This document shows positions 28,201 to 40,200 of a stretch of 64,000 bases of DNA, one piece after another. Every line of letters begins with the position of its first letter. Position 1 is the stretch's first letter. The DNA is from Phoronis australis (taxonomy: Eukaryota > Animalia > Phoronida). Under the pieces are notes generated by a model, which was not told the origin of the DNA, searched no databases, and saw only the letters and a list, made by a program, of their open reading frames with translations. The translations under genes and the position numbers were made by a program. Location: positions 382,011-446,010 of the forward strand of contig NMRA01000371.1 in NCBI GenBank assembly GCA_002633005.1, in the 5' to 3' direction.

Positions 28201-31200
28201 AAGGCTGGTTAGTGGGCATGATTTGGGCGGTACAAATTTCAAAGTTTCCGCGTTTTTTGTCATTAGTCATTCCAAGCCCTGTTGTTTAAATTCACTGCTG
28301 TGCTTTCAAAAAGGGATATTATGTGTTATTAGTTGTTAATAGTGGCAATGTCTCAAAAGAATTCTTCATTTTTGATTGAATAATTTATGCGATTACCAAA
28401 ACTGGACAAATGAACTCTATTTTCAGTTCAGTGTTTTTCGTCATGTACGAAAAAGCATTTTGTTTGCAAATTTAAGAATGGCCTTTTACTTTCTGAATTT
28501 GTTCCTTTGTGGTTTGAAACTTGACACACTCTAGCTTTAGCTATTGAGGTGGACTCAATGTTTATACAGTTTACGTTATCCAGGTTGCTTGTGCCTTTAT
28601 TCCTTAATTTTCATTTACCAATTGACTGTATCATGAAGTTACCTGTGTGTACATTTTATAGATTTATAAAGTTACCTGTGTGTACATTTTATAGATTTAT
28701 AAAGTTACCTGTGTGTACATTTTATAGATTTATAAAGAAGTGTATCAGGAACAGGAAGTGTTGTAAGACGACTCAAGTAAACCCCGAGTTGGAAAAGTCT
28801 TGCACTGTGACTGTGAATGACTATCTGGATAGAGAGAGACTCAAGCCGGTGCTAGGAGACTTCACACTGTGGGAGTATACAGAGAAAGTTATACAGTACG
28901 GCTATCTCATGGTATGTGATGCAGGGTATTATGCATTTATAATTGCTCTCAGAATCTCATTGCTAAAAATCTATCATCCGTATGATTGGTCGAGTTAATC
29001 ATGGCATGAAACGGAAAAGGGGATAGAGCCTTTGAAAACTACCCAGCCAAACGTCTGTAAATCAATAGTTTGTATGTCTATATTCTAAATGCATCATTAC
29101 TGATCTAATTGTGCTATGATGTTGCACAAACTATGACCATGTGACAGTACCAAAAAGTAAACACACTTTTCAGTTGAAAATCATGTCAATCTCACACTGG
29201 TCACCGCTGCCCATAACAAGTCATGACCTGACTCACTCGGATGAGGCAAACGTGCTTGCACATCTCTTTTTTCTCATTTTCATGACTTAAAATTCTCTTT
29301 TGTATTGTAGTCCAATGATTGTGTAGCACCCTAGTGTACTCATTGTTATTGTAATGATTGTGTTGCACCCTAATGTACTCATTGTTATTGTAATGATTGT
29401 GTAGCACCCTAATGTACTCATTGTTATTGTAATGATTGTGTAGCACCCTAATGTACTCATTGTTATTGTAATGATTGTGTAGCACCCTAATGTACTCATT
29501 GTTATTGTAATGATTGTGTAGCACCCTAATGTACTCATTGTTATTGTAATGATTGTGTAGCACCCTAATGTACTCATTGTTATTGTAATGATTGTGTAGC
29601 ACCCTAATGTACTCATTGTTATTGTAATGATTGTGTAGCACACTAATGTACTCATTGTTATTGTAATGATTGTGTAGCACACTAATGTACTCATTGTTAT
29701 TGTAATGATTGTGTANGAGGCACCCCATTGCTTTGTATGATGGCCACCAGGAGGCACCCCATTGCTTTGTATGATGGCCACCAGGAGGCACCCCATTGCT
29801 TTGTATGATGGCCACCAGGAGGCACCCCATTGCTTTGTATGATGGCCACCAGGAGGCACCCCATTGCTTTGTATGATGGCCACCAGGAGGCACCCCATTG
29901 CTTTGTATGATGGCCACCAGGAGGCACCCCATTGCTTTGTATGATGGCCACCAGGAGGCACCCCATTGCTTTGTATGATGGCCACCAGGAGGCACCCCAT
30001 TGCTTTGTATGATGGCCACCAGGAGGCACCCCATTGCTTTGTATGATGGCCACCAGGAGGCACCCCATTGCTTTGTATGATGGCCACCAGGAGGCACCCC
30101 ATTGCTTTGTATGATGGCCACCAGGAGGCACCCCATTGCTTTGTATGATGGCCACCAGGAGGCACCCCATTGCTTTGTATGATGGCCACCAGGAGGCACC
30201 CCATTGCTTTGTATGATGGCCACCAGGAGGCACCCCATTGCTTTGTATGATGGCCACCAGGAGGCACCCCATTGCTTTGTATGATGGCCACCAGGAGGCA
30301 CCCCATTGCTTTGTATGATGGCCACCAGGAGGCACCCCATTGCTTTGTATGATGGCCACCAGGAGGCACCCCATTGCTTTGTATGATGGCCACCAGGAGG
30401 CACCCCATTGCTTTGTATGATGGCCACCAGGAGGCACCCCATTGCTTTGTATGATGGCCACCAGGAGGCACCCCATTGCTTTGTATGATGGCCACCAGGA
30501 GGCACCCCATTGCTTTGTATGATGGCCACCAGGAGGCACCCCATTGCTTTGTATGATGGCCACCAGGAGGCACCCCATTGCTTTGTATGATGGCCACCAG
30601 GAGGCACCCCATTGCTTTGTATGATGGCCACCAGGAGGCACCCCATTGCTTTGTATGATGGCCACCAGGAGGCACCCCATTGCTTTGTATGATGGCCACC
30701 AGGAGGCACCCCATTGCTTTGTATGATGGCCACCAGGAGGCACCCCATTGCTTTGTATGATGGCCACCAGGAGGCACCCCATTGCTTTGTATGATGGCCA
30801 CCAGGAGGCACCCCATTGCTTTGTATGATGGCCACCAGGAGGCACCCCATTGCTTTGTATGATGGCCACCAGGAGGCACCCCATTGCTTTGTATGATGGC
30901 CACCAGGAGGCACCCCCATTGCTTTGTATGATGGCCACCAGGAGGCACCCCATTGCGTTTCCATTGATGCTTATGAAAGGTTTTCGTGTCGGATTTTCAA
31001 TTCTGTTATGATATTACGTTGCATGTTTCAGAAAACCACAGAACACAGACTGACTATGACGATGCCTTGATTATCAAGCTGTTTGCATTCCAATTTGCTA
31101 ACAACTATTCTTCCTTGTTCTACATTGCCTTTCTGAGAGGGGTAAGTCTTTCTGTCTGTTTTTTGTCTTACGTCCTTCTCATGAAAGACTGCAAGTGAGC

Positions 31201-34200
31201 AAAAACAAATCAAAAACAAACAGCAAAACTGGAGTAGATGTTTTTCACACTAGTATGTCATGCCTGAGTTTATTGCAGCAACTTGAAACAATGTTGGTCT
31301 TGGCAATAGTCTGAGAATTTGATTTTATAAGTTTTGAGTTGGGGGTAGGTGGTATTTTGGTGGCAGACAGGGATGAAGTAGTGGTTTTAGGGAGGTGTTT
31401 TTCTTCATTCAAAAAACCCTCATGTGAAAACATTTCTGCCACAAACCTAATGCAATGTCATAATGACTACTTGGAGTAGCACATCACAAGTCCATCTCAC
31501 TATTTCACTAAAAGTGTTCGAATAAAGCCTCAGGTGTATAAACTAAACTTTTTTATTTAATCCACTGTTTTGCGTAATGATCAGATTCAAGATATGTTGG
31601 GCGTGACAAAATCATACTTGAATGCTTCTATAACCAAGATTTGTCATCATACTGTTTTTGAAATCCAACATTTGCTGTCAACATATGAAGTTCACAAAAC
31701 AGCAACCTTTTTATTGAGGCACCCCAGTTTTTACCAAAATACATTTTCTCCAACAGAGTTTCACATAAATTTTGAATTCAAGGTGGTGCCTGTGCATGTG
31801 ACTGCAATTTTGTATTTTTCATGTGACTTAGGGAGTCTTAATGGATTGAATAAACAGCTTTTGACTTTTCTATAAATCTTCTGCCGAATGAATGGTACTA
31901 TAGTGTACTATAATGTTAACTTTTCTTTTTCCAATTACCACTTACAATTTTCTAGTTATTCGATATTTACCGATGACTGCTCATTTTAATGACTCCTTTT
32001 GCTGCTTTGTTGTTGTTTTATGAACAACTAACTGTACAAGGCTTTGTTTTTTAATAATTTTCAACCTCATCATCATCATCATCCAAATTATCATTTTTCA
32101 TTAATATCTTCAGTTAATTAAATATCAAGTGTCATTTCTCATGGTTCTTTCATTAATTGCTGAGTAGCATGAGTGGATATTAGTGAAATCTGTGATAACA
32201 ACATTTTAGTTTTAGTCCCTGAAGACTATATGAATCCTGTCACGGCCATATTGTGAGATAGGGCTATATGTCCCTGTCTGAAATTTCACTTACTGGCACA
32301 ATACCTTTGAAGCATCAAGTATTTCCACAATTTCCATCAGGAATACTGGTCCTTCAAAATTAGAATTACCCTTAAATGTGGAAGGTCTAATTCACATCCT
32401 GGGCAAAATTGTGAATATAACAATATGAGTATTTTAGATTTATCAGCTGTCATTCCTGTGTATAGTTAGTTTGAGTAACTAGTTCAATTACTCTTCTCAA
32501 TGTGAAAGCTGTTGTACTGCTGAGATACTTCTGTTTTCTGGAAATGCATTAATTCTTCTGACTAGGGTCATGTTTTGAGCTAAAAACTCTCCTTATATAT
32601 TTGTGTGATTAGAATTCCCCTTTAATTCAATCCTGTGATAGGTGAGGATTAGGAATTCCAATCTCTTGAAGCACATTTCCATTCAGAACTGAGAAGCGTC
32701 CCTCTGGAACCATATCTCCCACCTCATTTGTTTGAAAAATATTGTTCTAGAGCTCTTAAAAATTGACTAATTTGGACTTGACGTTTCAGAATGTTGGAGC
32801 TCAAGGTATACTTGGCTTGGGTCCTCAGTACGCTGATAACTGTGGCACTGACAACAACTGTATGGCCATGTTGTCCTTTCAAGTACTCATTCTCATGATT
32901 GTCAAGCCATTCCCCAAACTATTGAAAGATATTCTGTTGCCGTAAGTCTGATATTGTTTAAATTCACTGCTGTGCTTTCAAAAAGTCACTTAAAGGGATA
33001 TTATGTGTTATTAAATGTTTATAGAAACAATGTCCCAAAAGAATTCTTCATTTTTGATTGAATAATTGTTAAAATAATTGATGCGATTACCAAAACTGGA
33101 CAAATGAACTCTATTTTCAGTTCAGTGTTTTTCGTCATATACGAAAAAACATTTTGTTTGCAAATTTAAGAATGGCCTTTTACTGTCTGAATTTGTTCTT
33201 TTGTGGTTTGAAACTTAAACCAACACGACTCTAGCTTTAGCTATTGAGATGGGCTCAATGTTTATACAGTTTACGTTATCCAGGTTGCTTGTGCCTTTAT
33301 TCCTTAATTTTCATTTACTACTAAAACCAATTGACTGTATCATAAGTTACCTGTGCGTACATTTTATAGATTTATAAAGAAGTGTATCAGGAACAGGAAG
33401 TGTTGTAAGACGACTCAAGTAAACCCCGAGTTGGAGAAGTCTTGCACTGTGACTGTGAATGACTATCTGGATAGAGAGAGACTCAAGCCGGTGCTAGGAG
33501 ACTTCACACTGTGGGAGTATACAGAGAAAGTAATACAGTACGGCTATCTCATGGTATGTGATGCCGGGTATTATGCATTTATAATTGCTCTCAGAATCTC
33601 ATTGCTAAAAATCTATCATCCGTATGATTGGTCGAGTTAATCATGGCATGAAACAGGGAAAAGGGGATAGAGCCTTTGAAAACTACCCAGCCAAACGTCT
33701 GTAAATCAATAGTTTGTATGTCTATATTCTAAATGGATCATTACTGATCTAATTGTGCTATGATGTTGCACAAACTATGACCATGTGACAGTACCAAAAG
33801 TAAACACACTTTTCAGTTGGAAATCATGTCAATCTCACACTTGTCACCGACGCCCATATCAAGTCATGACCTGACTCACTCGGATGAAGCAAACGTGCTT
33901 GCACATCTTTCTTTTTTCTCATTTTTCATGACTTAGAATTCTCTTTTGTATTGTAGTCCAATGATTGTGTAGCACCCTAATGTACTCATTGTTATTGTAA
34001 TGATTGTGTAACACACTAATGTACTTAATTTTATTACAGCTCTTTGCTGTCGCTCTTCCCATTGCTCCCCTGATTGCCCTGCTGACCAACCTGTTTGATA
34101 GAGGCACTGATGCCAAGCGACTGTTGTGGATCTACAGGAGGCCCATATCTTACATAGCTCAAGATATAGGTATGTCTGTGATAACCAGTATCTTGTGTAA

Positions 34201-37200
34201 TGGAATATATATAATATATAGATCACTCAGCTGTCAGTCGAACTGGAAACATTTTAGGACCTCATGGTGCACAAGATATTGGTTCATGAAAGGTGCTTAG
34301 CTGGACACTAATTGTCACATTGTTCAAAATAATGTTATGTTTTTGTCAATTGGAGACCAACATTTCACATAGCGCACAGTATGAGGTTTATTTTTGTTGG
34401 TCAGCTGTTGGGTTCTCAAGCAGTGGGAAGTTAAGATAGATGGTCAATTGGAGGTCAATGTGGTACTAGATAATTCTTGCTCAGGAATATTATTTTATAT
34501 ATTTATTGTCTAGAAAATTATTAGCCAAAGTCTATTGCTGTTATCATTTCTTGCAGTATAACGTTTTGTGTTGAAATTTTATTTTAATATCAGGCATTCC
34601 ACTAGCTGTCTACCGGTGCATATATATTGGTTGGAAATTAGGGACTCATTACCTGTATTGCATTTATTTCTAACTTATTCATTCAACTAGTTACACAACA
34701 TTCCTTAAGTCCTAAAACCTGGTATGTAAGGCTGTGACCTTGCAGGTGGAGTAATGCTTTTTCAAACATGAAGCTACAGTCTTGTATTTGATTTATAAGT
34801 TTGAACCCTTTCTTCGGATGTCAGGCGCAGTCATGATTGTTCTTGTGTTTTCTGCCAACCAAAATGTCACGGTTAACAAAATATTCGCTGGCCAAAATTG
34901 TTTCATGCAAATGTTGAGTAAATCATTAAGAACAATACAACATGTGTCGTGAATGACATATTTCAATTATTTTTTCATGCCAGAATGCAGAAGACACCGA
35001 ATATCCTGACTTTATATTCGAATATAAGGCCATTATTACTTCAGTATAAGGCCATACTTCAATATATGGCCCTACATAATGGTGTTGTTATAAATACCCA
35101 CGTTGACATTGGGGTAGAGATCTTTTCAGAGACTCAACTATTGCAAAGATTTGGCTCTAGCTGTCTATTTATATGACCAACATATGGCATGTATTAAGAC
35201 TAATAATTCATGCTTACATAGCCTTGCAGTTAATGCTGCTGATGTAGAAAGAGCTACATTTTATATGAACTCGTCTGAGACATGAACACTTATTGTAGGC
35301 ATGTGGTTTCCAATCTTACGGTTCATCAACATTGTGGGAGTCATCAGCAATGCCTTCATTATTTGCTTCACAACCACTTTAGGAAGGGAATGGTTTGGTG
35401 ACGTCTGGACAAAGCTCATAGCTGCCATAGTATTTGAGGTGAGTACATACCTCTACTAGTTCACTCAGAAGGTCAGAGGTCAAAGATCATTAAGTTCAGG
35501 GATCACCAATATAACTTACATATCCTCTAGCTTGCCTTTAGCAGTAGCAAAATTTCTGATTTTCAAAAGTTTTGATGGGACATAGTCATGATATTCTCAA
35601 AGACAACGGAGCATGCTGCATCTGAAGGATGTATTACATTAAGCATGAAATTGCATTCCTGAGTGATATAATGCTTTAGTAACTGCTGTGTACTCTGTCT
35701 CATGTAGTGTGTTAATTAATGCTAGTCACTTATAAGTGAGAATTATTGGTTAATCTTATGGAAACAGTTTTCATAGCCTTTCAATCAATTTACTGTTGGT
35801 TGTTTTGTTTGCATATCATGCCAAGACTTGTACGATGACACTCCCTTACATCAAAATCCAACTGCTGCCAGCTGGTTGGTAATTGGCCCAATTATGTTGC
35901 ACACTCAGCAGAATGCAGAGAAACAGAATACTGGCAACATTGGTCAATAGTTTAAGACTGTAAAAATCACATTTCTTGTCTGAGTTATTTCAAAATGTAA
36001 AAACCTAACCACGTGTACTTTTGACAAACTATTCAAGTAAATATGCTATTTAAAATCTTTCAAAAGGATAATTTAAAAAATACTTTAGTTGTGCCCAGTG
36101 TGATTGGTGTAACTACTTAGAGAATGATAACACCAGCAGCTTTGGCATCCTGAGGCCATGTTATTGCCTACAGCCTGGTGTCTTCATCATGGCAGCAGTT
36201 TTCGCGGTGCTCAAACCAGTCAAGTTGCCAAACTCAGCTGGTGCTGGTGTCAACATAGGATTCTTATCATGAACCTTGTACAATTTCAAGATTATCTGTG
36301 AAACGGTAGTAAGGTTTTTGTTACACTAGCCTCGTGTGCTCTCGCCAAGCTTACAAAATACTGGCTTTCTTAACTTGCCCATGGAATGTTACAAAAAAGG
36401 CACTACATGATTGTGTATTCTGTTATTCCTAGCACGTCATCTTTGGTGTTAAGTACACAATCCACGTGGCTGTGCCAGATATACCACAAGATGTTAAATT
36501 GTCCATAAGAAGGGTAACTCACTGCACAGCTGAACTGATTCAGAACTGCATGTTGGTTCATCATGTCTTTGGGTTCAATGTTGTTATTAAATTCCATGCA
36601 TTTCTAAAAATCGTATTTCATGCATCTGAAATACTGTTGCACCAAGATTTTATCACTTCATGAAACATTAAATTGATTTTGTAATCTGTGCTGCATTTGT
36701 CTTTTATCCTTCACCATTTGTTTTCACTGCATTCAGGCTGCTCAACCTCGTTTCAGCTTATTCTATTTACTACCCAATCTATAGCAGAGTTGAGAAATTT
36801 TTGGTGGCCATTTTTTATGACCGAACCCCAAAATGAGCAGACTCTTTTTAAAGAGTTTGAAAATACTCTGTCTGGAATTAAATGGGATTCCATGATCTAA
36901 AAACAGCGCATGTCACATGTGAAAAACTGTGGAAATGATGCGTCCACTCCTACTGTGACTAACAGCTAATCTGCCATAGTATTTATGGGTTGTGCCACTG
37001 CTACTGTTTCTCCACCCTATACAACAGTTATGATACGTATCGCATCAGTTCTACAAGCCTATGCATATCACACCAGTTCTACAAGCCTTATGCATATCAC
37101 ATCAGTTCTACAAGCCTTATGCATATCACATCAGTTCTACAAGCCTTATGCATATCACATCAGTTCTACAAGCCTTATGCATATCGCATCAGTTCTACAA

Positions 37201-40200
37201 GCCTTATGCATATCACATCAGTTCTACAAGCCTTATGCATATCACATCAGTTCTACAAGCCTATGCATATCACATCAGTTCTACAAGCCTTATGCATATC
37301 ACATCAGTTCTACAAGCCTTATGCATATCACATCAGTTCTACAAGCTTTATGCATGGCTTGCCTTGATCTGTTATCATTCTGCATGTTGTCACATATATT
37401 TTCTATTATTTTTTTATCACTAACATGCATGTTTTCACAGCACGTGGTATTCGGACTCAAGTATTTGATCGAGATAGCAATACCCGATGTTCCGTCAGAC
37501 GTACGTTTGGCTATGCGTAGGGTAAGTCTAGCTGCTTTGGTCTGGTAAAAAGGTAGACTATCAAGAGCTTTTTGCTGGCAAAAGCCTACAGGGTTAAGAT
37601 TCATTTTCAGCTTGCTGAAACTTTCCTGTTTTCTAACAGTTTTGGCAAACTAGTAACTCAGCTGAATTGTCACGATTAATTTTGTTTGACTACTAGGATA
37701 TTTTTGCCGATGGTACTAAAGGAATGGATTTTTATGAATTCCTCGATATTTTTCATTTCCTGGCAATATGCAACAGACGTCTTTATCATCCTGTCGTGAA
37801 GATACTCCACAAGTCTATAACTCATTTGAACAGATATTCAGTAATTGGTCTGCCAGTCATATCCTATCAAAACATCATTTTCTGAAATCGAATATTACAT
37901 ATATTAACGACCTTAAGAATCTAGTATGGAAGAGTCTTACAGTTATAAACTTTCCATAACCATGTATCAACTTCTGCAGGAGAAATACCAAGTGTCCAGA
38001 ATTTTGGAGACGGGACAGTTTCTCTCAGACAACAGTGAGAATGACAATGGTGGTGGTGGAGCTGGTGGTGATACAGGAGGAAGGCCACATGGTGGCGTTA
38101 CTAGTAATGCACCTAAGAGTGGCAGTACCTTGAGGAAACGTCACGACAGAACAAAGTCTCAAGAGGAGAATCCATCATCTCGAAGGTACCATGCGTACAG
38201 TGATATGCATACAGTGATATGCGTACAGTGATATGCATACAGTGATATGCATACAGTGATATACGTACAGTGATATGCATACAGTGATATGCATACAGTG
38301 ATATGCATGCAGCGGTATGCATACAGTGATATGCATACAGTGTTATGCATACAGTGGTATGCTGCGTAATTTTGTTTCAAATGACATCTCTGAAAGGCTA
38401 TCAGTGTTGTTTTGCCTGTGCATTGCTTGAGAGACCAATCCATGGATGTGTAATCCCATTAACATGAGTGAAGAGGCATATTGCAAGGTTATGTAATAGC
38501 CTAACATTATAATACAGTTTCTTTTTGATGAAAAACTCTCCAAAACCACTTGAGGTGGTGAGATTGTGGGCTTATCCTATTGTTCCCACCAACCTCTGAA
38601 TTAGATTAAGACTGCACAGCTATTGGGCATTCATGGCTGGAGAAACTGCTGACTGGAACTGTTATGCAATTGGAAATTCTGCTTAAAAAGGTTTTTGTAT
38701 TTAGCGTTAGTAGTTCTGCAATCTGGAGTGCCAGACACCTCATACAGTGTTTTTTTTGTCCCAAACATCAACGTAAAATCAGTTGTATTCCGTAACAAAT
38801 GGATCAAATTTTACTTGTTTTTATGCAATGAAAGAGAATGCGTGTTCATCTTTTCGTCTCAGTGTGATTGTAATTATTTCAAGGGTGTCTCCTGAAGTCA
38901 GTCTGTACTCATTGTGATTGTAATTATTTCAAGGGTGTCTCCTGAAGTTAGTCTGTACCCGCTGCTGGATGAGCTTGAGGCAGAAGAAGAAGAAAAAGCT
39001 CGAGTGAGGCAGAAGAAAAAGAAAAAGAAAAGGAAACCAAAACATGGTGAAGGTTTATGAATTCTTTTGTGACCTTGCTTATGCTTTCACCTTATACGAT
39101 ATTCACAACAAAGCTGTTATGAGTTTTGAAATTATGTTGAAGGTTATTACTCAAGGTCAGATATTTTAAAACCAATTTTAAAAGTTGTAACTGTGGCTCA
39201 GTTATAACCCTCTGTGAGGCTGGTTTAGGGAGAGATTGTAACTCAGTGTGAACAAGACAGTTGCAAAAGTTATAACTCAGAAGGTGGCGCTGCTGTCAAA
39301 TCTCATTGGAAACAATGGCACATTGAGGCACTAACTGGGGTGAATCAGAAAGCAATAGCACTGACAACTAGCGATAGCTCTAACAGCTACTGATAGCACC
39401 GACGACTAGACAGTGATAGCTCTGACAACTAGTGATAGCACTGACGACTAGACAGTTAGTGATAGCGTCGACAGTTAACGATAGCGGACGACTGGCGATA
39501 GCACCGACGACTAGACAGTTAGTGTTAGCATCGACAGTTAACGATAGTGGACGACTGGCGATAGCCCCAACGGCTGGTGATAGTGCTGACGAATAATGAT
39601 TAAAACACCAAACTATGGTTATAACACTTTAACTGTTGGTGTGAACATTAACAAATACATAACAGTTACAACTCTAAAGAAGGGTTACAATGGGGTCTTA
39701 GTGTGAACACAGCTTAATGACTTAGCTTTATGTTAAGTCATGCTAAGTGGTCGTTGTCTCATTTTTAGTTTTAAATAGACATCCTGTGAAAAGTGAAGCA
39801 TTCTCTTCTGTAATTATGTTTCACTGCATTGTTGCATTTAAGTTAAATGTCTTTTGTTTACTTTGTCTGTTTGAGTATAGGCTTTCCATGATGATAAATG
39901 AGTATCTCACTTGATTTCTTGTCTGTTTTGAAAATTAGTCATAAAATGTTTTTCTTCATGGTTGTGATTGTTTCAAAGGAATTACCAGAAACAGTTACTG
40001 ATGTTGCAAGTTTATTACAGATGATCCTGAAGACCCTGAAACACCACGACGGTCTCATCATCTGGACCCTATTGACTCTACAAGGTACAACTTGCAGAAT
40101 GAGTCTAATGCTTGATATGGTAACTATTAAGTGAGTGAATAGTCACTAGCCTCACAAAATATTGCTCAAGTCTAGCTGGTGTTATCTGAAATTTTTTTGC

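Larger units (their letters stand above)
25723..34024. repeat. Near-identical duplication of three anoctamin exons (25723-29715 vs 29717-34024) around a 1-nt gap
   Basis: Introns and exons are both duplicated, the N is at 29716, and all six exonic differences I found are synonymous. Confidence 0.93.

Noticed and set aside
29717-30955. CRISPR-like regular array
   Set aside because: The units are contiguous with no unique spacers, there are no cas genes, and the context is eukaryotic. The same applies to 58815-59088.
29201-30964. Three long minus-strand ORFs of 418-587 aa
   Set aside because: They are translations of stop-free 34-bp and 39-bp minisatellites running across an N, antisense within an intron.
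31032-33553. Anoctamin with internally repeated TM5-TM7
   Set aside because: Including both exon sets breaks the frame, and the copies look allelic.
36985-37423. ORFs of 120-187 aa in all three frames
   Set aside because: They come from the 29-bp minisatellite; only 37441-37521 is a credible exon.
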